A DNA stretch of 64,000 bases, taken from Octopus vulgaris (Eukaryota). Location of the stretch: the NCBI GenBank assembly GCA_951406725.2, contig OX597818.1, positions 78,492,001 to 78,556,000 on the forward strand. The letters are read 5' to 3'. Shown one piece after another: positions 39,401 through 53,924 of the stretch. Positions within the stretch are counted from its first letter, which is position 1, and each line of letters opens with the position of its first letter. Under the pieces are notes generated by a model. It had not been told where the DNA came from. It did no database searches and worked only from the letters and a program-made list of their open reading frames with translations. The position numbers and the translations under genes were made by a program.

Positions 39401-39997
39401 TGTTGAAGCCATGATAAGATTGTCAGAGCAACGGAAAAATAACTTGTGATATTTCTTCCGGATCACTCCGTTCTGATTTCAAATTTCATCTAAATCGACT
39501 TTGCCTTTCATCTCTCAGGGGCCGATAAAGCAAAATATCAGTCAAAAACTTAAAGTCCGTGTAATCGACCTGACCTCTCCTACTAAAACTGCTGGTCGCC
39601 AGTTGGCAGAATTGTTTTCAGGGCGGGCAATATGCTTAGCAGCATTTCGCCCGTCCTTATGTTCTGAGATCAAATTCTGCCGAGGTCGAATTTGCCTATC
39701 ATTCTTTCGGTGTCGATGAAATAAGTACCAGTTACGCACTGGGGTCGATGCAATCGATTAGATTCCTTTCCAAAAATTTCTGGCCTCGAGCCTTTAATAG
39801 AAAGAATTGCTATTATTGTGGTTGTTTAAAAATATTTTTCTTTCAATACTAAATTGACTTTCATAATATTGAATACCTCATTTTCTTTCTGCAGATATTC
39901 AAGAAAAGAAGGATATTTTATGGAAATACCATGTGATGGATCTTATCCCAAGAAGTTGTGCTTTAGATTTGGCCCAAAATCTCACGGCTGGAAGTAA
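30860..39997 (+). CDS. ETS-domain transcription factor, ESE subfamily (ELF3/ELF5/EHF-like); spliced model join(30860-30895,33676-33859,35903-36004,36712-36852,38273-38468,39895-39997), 762 nt, 253 aa
   Basis: ETS motifs [43 protein letters not shown] and a C-terminal FGPKSHGWK* resembling the ESE-type FGKNAxGW. All introns are GT-AG with matching phases (0,1,1,1,2) and there is no internal stop. Confidence 0.88.
31270..31460 (+). mobile_element. Intronic Penelope pLTR-like repeat with minimal hammerhead-like motif
   Basis: TGTTT-CCGAAGAA-GAGC-ttt-GCTC-GAAACGTA-AAACA at 31326-31362, between (TA)n tracts. Confidence 0.6.
33676..33859 (+). CDS. ETS gene coding exon 2 (PSIAEGF...QRDCVY)
   Basis: tttcAG acceptor at 33675; open, non-repetitive acidic frame; donor G|gtaagt at 33859/60, phase 1. 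Confidence 0.8.
34920..35312 (+). mobile_element. RTE-type LINE 3' fragment (intronic)
   Basis: [30 protein letters not shown]...RRGRPRK resembles RTE C-termini (RRLRWYGH, RGRPRK). Confidence 0.65.
35903..36004 (+). CDS. ETS gene coding exon 3 ([34 protein letters not shown]), not in the ORF track frame
   Basis: ttctccacAG acceptor at 35902, A|gtaagt donor at 36004/5; 102 nt, symmetric phase 1-1, open in the gene frame. Confidence 0.75.
36712..36852 (+). CDS. ETS gene coding exon 4 (DFIVSKP...[10 protein letters not shown])
   Basis: Long poly-T tract then cAG at 36711; donor A|gtaagt at 36852/3; phase 1-1; basic stretch preceding the ETS domain. Confidence 0.85.
37412..37630 (+). mobile_element. 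SINE group A (intronic)
   Basis: High similarity to the 6068 and 9045 copies. Confidence 0.85.
38273..38468 (+). CDS. ETS gene coding exon 5, core ETS DNA-binding domain
   Basis: [65 protein letters not shown]; AG at 38271-2; donor CG|gtaag at 38468/9. Confidence 0.95.
38500..39800. mobile_element. Stack of about six SINE A copies filling the last ETS intron
   Basis: + copies near 38500, 38990, 39230, 39420 and 39595; one - copy at about 38745-38945. Confidence 0.7.
39895..39997 (+). CDS. ETS gene last coding exon ([33 protein letters not shown])
   Basis: ttttctttctgcAG acceptor at 39894; phase 2 completes the Arg codon; TAA at 39995-39997; completes the ETS wing. Confidence 0.92.
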
Positions 39998-40476
39998 TCG
40001 AACTCTCTGTTCTAAAGACTTTCTTAGAAATTTTAAAGACATTGACATATGTGCATGCTAATTAGTCATACGCTCATAAATACAAGCGCACATACACGCA
40101 CGCACTCTCACACACACACACACACACACACACACAACACACACACACACTCACACACACATATATATATATATGCATGTATATGTACATGTATGCATAC
40201 ATACATATACATATATATATATGTACGTGCATGTTTATATATATATATACATATACACACAATGAGTTCAACAAAAGGCCTTTTATTCCACTCACTGTTT
40301 TAATAAGTATTAGATTCTAAGTGGCTTTACTATGCTCCCTTGATCACGTAGTACATATACGTATATATATATATACATACATATACATACATATGTAACA
40401 TATGTATATATACATATATGTATATGTAACATATGTATATATACATATATGTGTATACATGCATATATATATATAA

Positions 40477-40515
<39 letters not shown>

Positions 40516-40537
40516 TATATACATATATATTCATATA

Positions 40538-40598
<61 letters not shown>

Positions 40599-41890
40599 GA
40601 CATTTGTAACCTTCAGCCTCCTTTCCTCTTCCATCCATATTTAAAATAATTTCATTACAATTTTACAAATCATTTAACCGTTTCAAACTACGACATTCAT
40701 TAGAAATTTATTATAACAAATGAATTTTTATTTCTCTCTACATAAATATAATTTCAATCATGCTTCCTTTTTGCAAGCTGGAATGTGAACCAAAATTTCA
40801 AAATTCTCGTCAGCGTCTAGCATATTCATTTTGGTACAAATACATCTTTTCATGTGTTTCTATTTGAACATATATATCAGCTCAACTTTCAACATTATTT
40901 TGAACTATTGACATGCACAGTTCATCATTATTTTCCTGCATACATACCGATTATTACGTGTATTTATGTTTACGTATGTAACGTGTTTTTGTACACAGAT
41001 ATATGCTCACAGATACATGCTCACACACACACACACACACATACACACACACATACACACACATACATACATACACACACACACGCATACATACGCACAC
41101 ACATATGTGTGCATCGGGCCAAAGAAATCCGAACCTGCTAGAAGCAGCCACCATTATTCACTCAGATCGCATTGTATTGTCTTCATATTGACATTCGCTT
41201 ATGCAATACTTGATATACAAAACGAAAACCCCAGAGTATTCATAGCCAGAAGGTCTTTGAACATAGGTCAGCACGGTTAAGATTGACCTCTGGTTAAATA
41301 ACAATCAATGTACATATGCATATATTTTTGTTAATGCTCGCACAGGAATGCGCGAACTACGTGTGTGTGAATGTAGTTATGAATCCACGTATTTATGTGT
41401 GTGTGTCAGAATGTATATGCGTGTATGTATGCATGTCTGTCTGTCTGCCTGTATGTATGTGCGTACGTCTGTGTGTGTTTGTTATGCGTTTATATCACGT
41501 CAAGAAATTCACTTGTGATAGACAAACTCTAAAGAGATTGTCTAATCCACTTCATTTATAATAGATACAGATAATGAACGTACAAACTACTTCATACATA
41601 CATACATACATATCACCGAAAAAGAACTTGGTGTTTATCACTGAAGGCACAATCACAACACATCCACAATAAATTATAATAGAGCTATGACAACATGTCT
41701 CTGAAACAGGGAAGGAGATTTCAAGACCTCCAATGCACCGTCAAAGTAGATATGCATATATTACCTTTAATCCGGGACATAACTAGTTATGTTTTTGCAT
41801 GCAAAGTATTGCGTACAGGGTCAGACGGTTTTAAAATGCAAAATAATGGCTGAATGTTTATGTATATGTATATACATACATATATATATG

Positions 41891-41967
<77 letters not shown>

Positions 41968-41978
41968 CTGTATGTATG

Positions 41979-42032
<54 letters not shown>

Positions 42033-42187
42033 CATACATAGTAAATATGCAAAGAGCGAGCTGGACGAGGTTCGAGGTGAAAACAAGCGTAAAGGTTTCG
42101 GGAAAAACATATGGTTATAGAAGCCTTAACTGAATAAAAAATATATACGCATTTGTATAGTTATATATAGATATATGTATCTATCTA

Positions 42188-42370
<183 letters not shown>

Positions 42371-42566
42371 GTATATGCATATGAGTTCGTGTATGTTTAT
42401 GTGTCTGTGTACGTACGTATTCAGATAATTGTTATATCTTTGTGAGACACGAGCGAAATACAAAGTAAAACAAATGAATAATGAAAGGATTGAAACAGTA
42501 TATTTATCGTCCTGGAGAGAAGGAAATGAAAATGAGTATACCCTTTTGACAATAAATGTTGCTCGC

Positions 42567-42611
<45 letters not shown>

Positions 42612-43119
42612 CTCCCGCGTTTGGAAATGATGAAATTAGCATCTGTATTGCTTGATGCTAATATTGATGTCGTCAAATAGATGGCAAACCCCCAAAATCA
42701 TAATTATGCATGTGTGTGGTGGATCGAAGAGTTTCGTGACTGATCAGAGTTTATTCCAACAACAATATGTATTGAATTTATGTGTTATAATTTTGATAAA
42801 AAAATTTTTTCCAATGAATATATTTTGTTTTTTATAACTTTTTATTGAATATATTTATATTTGTGAAAAATGGAACCAACCAAAATCAGAATATAATATA
42901 TATAAATGTTAAAATAAATATTTTTTTTCTTTTCAATATGTTTTACAAACTTATTTTTTATTAAACTAATGCGATTACACAATCATAAAAATGGTGTGTT
43001 TGGCAACGATGTTGAGTTTTGTATATGGTGATAAATTGTTTCATGATTTTGTAGTATAAATAGTCTGGTAGCCAACTAGTATCGGGTTAGATTATGGCAT
43101 TTACATATTTAAATATATA

Positions 43120-43622
43120 CACTACCGTCAGAAATTAATTAGCACCCTTGATTTGCTCACCATGAAGCATGGTGGGGTGGTCTGATGGTGTGAGGGGCGT
43201 TCAGCTACAGTGGTGTTGGGCGGCTCTATGCCGTCGAAGGCAACATCAACGCAGCAAATTACGTTGAGATAGTACGGGATACCTCTTTGGTGAGGGCGTT
43301 GGTCACCTGACCGAACACGAGCTGTTTTGGGCAGCAATACAGGAACACTTCTTGCTGCATGAGGGGCCATCCCTGCACAGTACCTGCAGGCACTCATAGA
43401 CAGCATGCCGACCCGCGTAGCAGCTGTCATTGCTGCCAAAGGAGGTGCAACAAGATATTGACTAAATTTCACGATTAATAACAATTATGTGGTGTGCTGG
43501 GATATGTTTTAATAAATTTTTGATTAAAAACGAGTTCGTTTCTGATAATAAGTTAATTAAATTAAGAAAATGTAAGAACATGTAGAAATTTGAGAAGTGC
43601 TAATTAATTTCCGACGCAAGTG
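43120..43622 (+). mobile_element. Internally deleted Tc1-like transposon
   Basis: 26-bp TIRs CACTACCGTCAGAAATTAATTAGCAC / revcomp CACTTGCGTCGGAAATTAATTAGCAC with TA on both sides; remnants TMKHGG..LMV and LIDSMPTRVAAVIAAKGGATRY*. Confidence 0.9.
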
Positions 43623-44534
43623 TAGGCTGAGTTGTTACAAGAATATAAATCATAAGCAAGAAGAGGAAGTTAAAGGGGTGTGTAGATCGTCTCTTCTAAC
43701 ATTTTCAAGGAAAGATACGCAGGTAGGGCATTTCTCTGCAAATAAACAATAACGATCCATCCCGTCATCAGAGGGAGAATAAGAACAATTATTGTTTGTA
43801 CCAATTTCAGACATAACGTTACTTAAATGTTGCTATATATGAATATTTATATATATGTATGCACACACACAATCACACACACACACACGCATATACACAC
43901 ACATGCACACACATACATAATTGTAACAATGAAGATTTGATTGGACAAGTCCCATTATTTCATTGGTTTACAATTGTTTCATTGAAGCTCGATTTTGTGA
44001 TCATTGCTATATTGCGCAATAATATATATATATTTCATTGTCACCCTTCCCTCGTAAGCCCACTCCACCTTCCCAGACCCACATTTTCACACCTACACAT
44101 ACACACAGGCACATATCAAGATCAGCAGCCCAATTCCACACGCACATACAAACTTTCTTATACACACGCACGCGCACCTTCGTTTTCGGGTCACCACTAC
44201 TTTATTATCTCCCCTTCTCCCAAGCTCTCCTGTGTGACCTTTCTGTCCGGCATTTGCCATGATAGATCGCCAACCATTAAACATTCCTTATTTTCTCTCC
44301 TTGTTTCTTTCTGTGTTCCTTTCTGTGGAAGAGCGTAGCCTCGAAATGTTGAAGACATTTTCACTTCCGGAGCGTTATACTAATACACCGATAGTGCTAG
44401 GCTTACAAAGAATAACTCCTGAGCTCGGTTTATTCGACTAAAGGCGGTACTCCAGCATGGTCGCAGTCAAATTACTGAAACAAATAAAAGAATAAAAGAA
44501 TACACACGCATATACATATACACGCACATGCAAG

Positions 44535-45117
44535 TGTCAGCTGAATAGTTCATCGGCTGACCAAGAAACTCTGAAGTAGTGTGACTAAATGAGGTCTATT
44601 TTTCAGCATAGTCCTCCTTACGGTTCACACACTTCTTCCATCGGTGTTGTAGTGCTTCGATTCCATATGGCGAAGAACCTTTCAAACCTGTTGGTCAAAA
44701 AAAGTCATCAACAACAAATATGACGTCATCATCATTGCGACACTGGTTCCTAGCCAAGTGCTTTTTCATGTTGGGACACAGATATTTATCAAATGGGGCG
44801 AAATCAAGAAAATAGCGAGGACAATCAACCAGTTCAAAGTTACAGTCACGCACAGCAGCCTTTGAAATCAAGGACTTTTGTGCTGGAACATTGTCCCGAT
44901 GGGACAAGACCCCTTTTGTCAATTTTCCTAGGCATTTGGTCTTAATAGCTTTTCATAAAAAGCCTCAACACATTAGCACTGTATTCTTCATTGATGATGT
45001 GGCCTCCTATAGTAATAATAATTATATTAATCAATAAACGGTGGTGCCCCAGCATGGCCGCGGCCTTCGGGCTAAAACATTTTAAAGGATTTTAAGGATT
45101 TAAGGAAATACAATGCC

Positions 45118-45160
<43 letters not shown>

Positions 45161-45360
45161 CAATAAACACAATGCCTTTTGCTTCCCTAAAAAACTGACC
45201 CCAGCTTTCTTTGGAGCAGGTAAGGAGGGGTGTTTCCACTGCATGGATTGTCTCCTTGTCTCTGACTCAAAGTGATCAACCCAACAGTCATCTTGACACA
45301 GGAACCGTTCAAAGAAACCAGCTGGACCTGTCTCAAATTATTTCAGATTTTCCTATGATG
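44535..45360 (-). mobile_element. Mariner transposase remnant with an internal insertion at about 45010-45160
   Basis: ORF 44695-44922 HRDNVPAQ..PRYFLDFAPFDKYLCPNMKKHL matches HDNAPAH / YSPDLAPSD motifs. Confidence 0.8.
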
Positions 45361-45516
45361 TGATCAACCTCGTGCACTTCTAATCAAGGGTTCAGAAGAT
45401 ATGGAACCTACCGAACCGAAGCTTTCATCTCGTTTTTCATATATGTATGTATATATGCATATATTTATATATTATTTATATTATTATATGATCGAACGCC
45501 ACGCATCCATTTCCAA

Positions 45517-46487
<971 letters not shown>

Positions 46488-46491
<4 letters not shown>

Positions 46492-47147
46492 ATAGATGCA
46501 ATTTACACCGAGTACAAACGACAGAGAAAATTAAAGGTGAGAAAGAGAGGAAGAAATATGTTATGGACTTTTAGCACTTTTCTCTCCCCCACTTTTCCTT
46601 TTTAACACACACACAAACATATGTAACAACCACGTGTATATATAAATATCACTTTCTTGTCTGTATCGTACGATATATATATATATATATTAATAAATGT
46701 AATAAAACATATGCATATATATAAATATATATGTACGTACCTACCTCTACATGTACATATACACGCATATATGAGTACAGGACTCCAAAGGGACGTCGAA
46801 CACGAAGAGAAACGAAAACATAGACACAAACCAAGGAACAGGACATTTTTTTAAAAACAACAAAAAATGGAGTACAGGACAATTAACACAACGAAAAAAC
46901 CCCTTCTTCAGTCGCTAAAGTGTCATCTACTCTACGTTTCGAAGGATAAAAGCGAGACGTATCTTCGACAAGAAACTTTCCTTCCTGCGAAAAGCAAATC
47001 AATTAAAATTCTGAGATCTTTTCGCAGAGGGGTAAAAAAATGGTAAAAAAAACAGGACAGTAACGACAATATATATATATATATATATATATATCGTACG
47101 ATACAGACAAGAAAGTTATATTTATATATACAAGTGGTTGTTACATA

Positions 47148-47213
<66 letters not shown>

Positions 47214-47392
47214 TACGATACAGACAAGAAAGTGATATTTATATATACACGTGGTTGTTACATATGTTTGTGTGTGTGTTAAAAAGGAAAAGTGGGGGGG
47301 AGTGCTAAAAGTCCATAACATATTTCTTCCTCTCTTTCCCACCTTTAATTTTCTCTGTCGTTTGTACTCGGTGTAAATTGCATCTATTGATA
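46488..47392. repeat. ~190-bp inverted duplication
   Basis: 46488-46675 is the near-perfect reverse complement of 47208-47392; an extra partial copy lies at 47093-47146. Confidence 0.88.
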
Positions 47393-47610
47393 TAAATATT
47401 CATATATTTCTACTTAAATATTCATCGCCTGGAAATCTCCACTTTTTGCTCTCTTTCGTTTTGCATTTATACATATATACATATTTTGTATTTCATACCC
47501 AAACTTTTATATCTAATATATCTAATTTGTTTATCTGCATAATTGTCTCCCTATCTGCTCAACTTAATTCCTCCTATAGCCATTCTTTATCCCGTGGAAT
47601 ATATATATAT

Positions 47611-47818
47611 ATATTGTCGTATTTAGGAATGGTGATGTTGCCAGTTTAGCCAATAAAAACACACGCACTATATATTTGATGTTAATTTGCTTCAGCTTTA
47701 TTTATTTTTTTGCATTAACCTTAATCTTATTTCGGCCAGAGTTCTTTCGTCACACTTCTGTGACCTCATCATTTATTGGCTAAACTGGCAACATGACCAT
47801 TCCTAAATACAACAATAT
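47611..47818. repeat. Element with ~46-bp inverted arms and a minus-strand hammerhead-like core
   Basis: Arms at 47611-47657 and 47772-47818; the minus strand reads TGATGA-GGTCA..TGGCC-GAAA followed by AATAAA. Confidence 0.7.
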
Positions 47819-47856
47819 CTGTTTCAACACACGATTTCATATCAAGAATCTTACAA

Positions 47857-47922
<66 letters not shown>

Positions 47923-48650
47923 AAGTAAGATACATTTGGTTGTCTATGTAGAAATGTAGAAATTAGGGCAGAGAATAGAATAGAAAAGAAGGTAAAGTTT
48001 CGTTTATAAGATAGAGATAAAGCATAAAATAGCATGAATTGCGGTGAAGGATTAAAGAACAAGCAGATCTGTGTTGAATGGGTTTCTGTATTCTTAAGCT
48101 TTTATGGAGCATTTGTGTATTCTTTATAAATACAAGAATTAATGTATTTTCAGAATTTTATGTGTTAGTTAATGGCTATTAAATTAACGTGGTCATTTGC
48201 AAAATCATTCAATAAGAAAGAAAGCATTGAGTGTCTAGTAGGTCAATAGGTTCTAACGTTGATCTCTTGCAAACAAGACATCAACATGTATATAATAGAT
48301 CAATAGATTCTAATGTAAATGAAGGTGTTAACTTGATAGAAAGAACGGGGATAAGATTGGTTAATACAACTCTATAGAAAAATATTGGTTTCTAATTTTG
48401 GCACCAGGTCAGCAATTTTGAAGGAGAGCGTAAGTCGATCAAATCGACCCTAATGCTCAACTGATATTTAATTTATCGACCCCGAAAATATGAAAGGCAA
48501 AGTTGATCTCCGTGGAATTTGTAAAGACGGAAGAAATGATGCTAATCATTTTGCCCGGCAAGCTAACAATTCTGCCAGCTTGCAACCTTACTTTATAGAA
48601 GCTCAAATATGTGTTAGTTTGCCTTTTTTTAATTTTCTCTATCGTAGGGA

Positions 48651-48722
<72 letters not shown>

Positions 48723-49631
48723 AAACAACAACAACATACTCATTTCTAGCCGAAGTCTTACTACATTTAAACTACCTATGCCCAAAATTAGCTGTATTCG
48801 TAATTTTACTATATTTTATGCCAGAAAAGGAAAATAACGAAACATTTTTCACACTTTGGCCCACTGTTGCTAAGTCAATCCAGGACTTAAAAACTGGGGA
48901 AAACTACATTTTTTATGAAAAATCAACGTAGTGTGTATTACAAAGACCCTGGTTTTAGCTCGAAAAAATGCTTCAGAAAAACTTGACTATTTAATAGAAA
49001 CATTTTCATCCCCAAATTTTGTAGACCTGTGTTATTTATGTCAATGTTTTCTAGCATAACCATAAGGGCATGTATATAGTCACTCGACTTGCAAAGAATA
49101 GCAGTCAAATTTTTGTCAGTTCGTATTTTCTACCATCTTAAGGAAGATACTGTATATCGAAACCGTGTAGTCCTCGATATACAGAGTCTGAATAAAAGAG
49201 AGGAGTCACAACTGCAATCCTTTTAAACACGAGTTTGATCAGTCAGTGCTAACCAGAGATTGAATAATAGCGACAACATCAAATGATTCTTCAATATAAG
49301 ACAGTCAAAAAATATTCCTGGTAAAAAGAAATATGATGAGTGTGGATTCTATTCTGCTGTCAATAGAACTGTCAATGAAAAGCCACCAGTGGGAAGGATC
49401 ATAAGATTCAGCCCCCAAGTAGTTAAAAACTCCATTAACATCAATACACGCGACGAATGAACCAACGGTTTAAAGAATTGACGATATTTTCTCCTTGTAG
49501 CGATAAAATGTTATGACTGTGCCAGATTTCAGAAGATGGTTTTCATGTAAACTGGAAGCCAACAACCCAGCTGAACCTTTTGAATGGCTTACATCGTGAA
49601 TTTATTTTGATCAAAGCAGTCTGCTCTATTA

Positions 49632-49877
49632 AGTGGAGGCGCGTGGCTTAGTGGTTAGGGTGTCAGCACTATGATCGTGGACCAGGTGACGCATTGTGTT
49701 CTTGAGCAAAACACTTCATTTCACGTTGCTCCAGTCCACTCAGCTGGCAAAAATGAGTAACGCTGCGATGGACTGGCATCCCGTCCAGCTGGGGAACACA
49801 TACGCCATGGAAACCGGAAAACCGGGCCCATGAGCCTGACTAGGCTTTAAAAGGGCCCATTTATTATTATTTTTTTT
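49632..49877 (+). mobile_element. SINE group C with 14-bp TSD
   Basis: TSD AGTCTGCTCTATTA at 49618-31 and 49878-91; the B-box region is deleted. Confidence 0.88.
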
Positions 49878-50359
49878 AGTCTGCTCTATTAGAAGTTTAC
49901 GAACTAGCACTTGAGATAAAAATACCAACAAAATGGGTATTATTCAGGTCCTCACCACTAAGGCACCCTGAAGATTGTTCTCATTCTATATCTGACACTT
50001 CTTTTGGTTGCTTAGAAACCTCCGGACGAGAGTAAAATGATTTTCCCATCTCCAGGTAATTGACGGAAAACAGACTGCAATGCTTGAAACAAAGTACACC
50101 TGAAAATGCATTGCCGTTTACTGAATACATAGAAAATACTTTTGTAAATGGAATACTAAGACGAAATTGAAGACGGTCAAAGCCATTATTTTCAATACCT
50201 GCATAGTGGCTGTGTGATAAGAAAGTTTGCTTCCTCACGCCATCGTTTTGGGGTCAATCCCACTGCATGGCACCTTGGACAAATGTCTTCTACTATAGAC
50301 TCGGGCCGACCGAATCCTTATGATTAGATCTAGTTAACGGAAACTGAAAGATGCCCGTC

Positions 50360-50417
<58 letters not shown>

Positions 50418-50642
50418 TATATAGTCAATACCTTTACTCTTCGCTTCTCATCAGCAGAGAACGGTATCTCCTTTCAGAATTACGAGCCCTGGATCCTACA
50501 ACGAACCAGCGTCCCGCTCAATGGAAATGTTGTGATGGAAACGTGCCTGCTTTTTTTATTCTTTCCTAACCATATCTTCCTTTACAACATTTGTTTGGCT
50601 CTTATGAAACCCCCAATGAACCCTAAAATTCCATCTCGTATA

Positions 50643-51010
50643 TAGCCAATACCGTTCTCTGGTATTGGTAGAAAAGCAGATTGGAATAGTCAGCTGTATG
50701 TTTATTCTTAGCATTGAATCCACGTGTGTTTGTTAAACAAACATAACAGTCAATTGCCTAGTTTGTTGGCTTCCGCCATATTATTTGTATGCCAAATTGC
50801 ATGGCCCTTTTCTAAGTGTCCACTCGTGTAGTCTGGTGTAGAAAAATTACTCACGATATGTGAAGTCCATAGCGTATCTTACTCTCCAATTTGTACTCCA
50901 AAGGATGCCATGTTCGCTTTCTTCAAAAATACTGAAATTGATTTCCTTTGCAATGATAGAGTAAATTTCCCACAAATGTGGGTTATTTTAACATTTTCAG
51001 CGACTTGGAT
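50643..51010 (-). mobile_element. CMC/Chapaev3-like transposase N-terminal remnant
   Basis: Minus strand HICGKFTLSLQRKSI..KKA..FGVQIGE*DTLWTSH and AMQFGIQIIWRKPTN*AIDCYVCLTN, matching the recalled WAPH / WREP.NH..DCYFC motifs. The superfamily label is from memory. Confidence 0.55.
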
Positions 51011-53924
51011 GCATAGACAACTAGACAAATGAATAAGAACAAAGTATAAAGTAATAAAAGATTTATAATTGTATCGGAGGCTTCAATTAACTGATTTTAC
51101 AATACCAGGAGTCATGTTCATTGAAAGAGCAATGATACACAAATTATTGCAACGTTGTCTTTAATCATGTTTTCAGTTCTATTCGAAATTTTCACAAAAC
51201 TGCAAGAAGTTTGAGTGAGTGTAATCATTAGTAAGCAGCATTTTGGCATTAAGATGTGAAAACTGTTACCCGAATTTACCCATCGAATGGATAAAACATT
51301 TTTCTAACATCATGCATAGATGATTTCTTGCCTTCTCATTTATACATCATTTGAGATTCCAAAAAAAATGATTCGTAATTACTGAAGGTTAGCATCTTAT
51401 GCACGACAAGAAAGCCATAGATTTGCTTAATTTTTTAAAATAAGAGGAAACGTGACGCGAAGGAATAAAATGAATATGTATTTTGGAGTCACCTCAAAAT
51501 CTTGAGTCGGAAACATGTACTTGATCAACAGAATCATTTAAGGCTCAAAATTATATTGGCTTTTGTAACTATTGCTATTTACCACCGTTTTGCAAACAAA
51601 AACAAAAGACAAAAAGACTTGTTGCGTTAATAGTATTTTCTATTGTCTTTCGTCATTCTATCATCAAATCCTTTATCCTCCTTTCACACTAGAAAATTCT
51701 CACCAACATAATTCACAATGAAAGGGGTTTCTATGAGTTTCTATTCTATTGTTATATTTGTCAAATCCCTTTCTTTTACCCTTTTCAATTATGTTATTGT
51801 TATTTACTTGTTGAACCGTTTCACAAACTGAGCAGCCCATTACGTGGCAATCCTCAAAACCCCAACTTGGAGATTATTTTTCAGCTGTCGTAACAGATAC
51901 ACTCCTCTAAGCGTCTAACATCTGATCGAATTAATTGCACAAAAGTAGTCGAGAGGAGGAGTGGGGAATCTATGCAGTGGTTTCACCTGCAAGAATTGTC
52001 AGCTAATTCTCCTTGAAACTACTCCTAACCCCCTTCCACCGTCTTAAAAAAAAGAAAAGAGAGAAACATTTTAGGTGTGATCAGGGGTACGCCACAATGG
52101 CAACAGCAACAACAACAAAAACAATTCTATGCAGCTGTTTTAAAACACTTCAAAATCATTGTTTTGGCTCTCAAGACCAAAGGAGTGTTGAATGGTTTAA
52201 ACTAGTTTTTTTTTTTGTTTTTTTTTAGATATTGAATGGATTTCTAAGGTGTAAGTTATAAGTCATTATCAGATTTGATATGTTTTGGTTTGTTGAAATC
52301 AGCCTATATATTATCCAAGTACAAATTGTGTGACAATTGTACAGTTATCCTGAAGTGATACACTGGAAAAGAAAGAAAGAAAGAAAAGAAGAAAGAAAGG
52401 AAGAAAGGAAGGAAGAAAGAAAGAAAGAAAGAAAGACAGAAGGAAAGAAAGGAAGAAAGAAATAAAGAAAAAAAGAAAGAAAGAAAAAAGGAAGAAAGAA
52501 ACGAACATTGGGTTGTGAGATGAATTTGTTCGCTGCCCTGCTTGTCACTTCATCGTGACAAAGGTAAAATTTTATTCAAATTTCAAAAATGACGAATAGA
52601 AGTTGTAGAGAAAGAACATAGCTATAGAATATACGATAAAAATAGTTTCCGTGTTAATTCAAATAACACTGAAAGTGATTAAAATAAATGGGTTGGGGAG
52701 GCGAACGAATTTATCTGACGACCCAATAAATTGCTACTAACAAACTAAAGTTAACAAAAAATGTCACCTAGAAATCTAGTACAACGCTCTTCGAAGTGAC
52801 TGAGGTCAAACAACTTAACGATAGGAACAACTTAATCCCTTGCCTGACATAGAATAACCATGTGGTCCATGGACAGCTTTGAGGAGCATTCACACCAAGC
52901 CGCTTGTCTAATGATAACTCTTCTCTTCTTTCCAGTCTTGGACGTCTTGAAAGGAACCCTGAACGCTGCCTTTGCTCCTCTAGTTATGCCATGATAAACA
53001 AAAAGACGTGCCTGCTTTTTTTATTCATTCCTAGCCATCATACCTTCCTTTACAACATCTCTTTGGTTCTTATAAAAGCCCCAATGAACCCTAAAATTCC
53101 ATATCGTATAATTGACCGAGATCACAACATTTCCATTGAACGCTGGTTCGTTGTAGGATCTAAGGCTCGTAATTCTGAAAGGAGTTAAGTCGGTTACATC
53201 GACTTCAATGCTCGACTAGTATTTTGTTTTATTGACTTCCAAAGAGATGAAAGGCAGAGTTGACCTTGTTGGTATTTGAACTCAGAATGTACAGAACCAG
53301 AAGAAATACTGCTAAGAATTTTTCCAGTGTGCTAACTAGTCTGCCAACGCATCGCCTTAATAACTTATATAGTCAATACCTTTACTCTTCGTTTCTCATC
53401 TGCTCAAGAACGACAACTTTGCTACTACACAAGACTAATTATTCTAAAACTGAAGTGTTTAAATCACACTGGTTATAAATAATAAGAACGAGCAGAAACT
53501 TTAGGACGTTGGATGGAATACCTCGTAATAGTAGTTGTTCCTACTTCCTAAGCTCCGAGTTCGAATCTCTTCGAAGACAACTTTGCCTTTCGTCTTTTGA
53601 AACAATTTATCAACCTCGTATGATTGATTGGCAAACTTATTAGAAAGTTGTCTTGCGGTACTTTTTCCGGGTGTTTGTGTTCTGAGTTGGAATCCTGCCA
53701 TGGCTTAATCTGTCATCCGATTTAACACTACCAACTGGCACTTCGAGTGCCTGTAGTCACTGAACTACGCTTTTGGTTTGAGGATATCTTACTTTCTGAT
53801 GAGTTTCCACTACCCTGTAAAAGCTCGTTTTTAGGGAGATGTTAAAAGAGTTTAGAATGGGAATAATAAATAAAGGTCAAACTGATATTATTTTTTAATT
53901 TGTTGCGTTTTTTATGTCTGTAGT

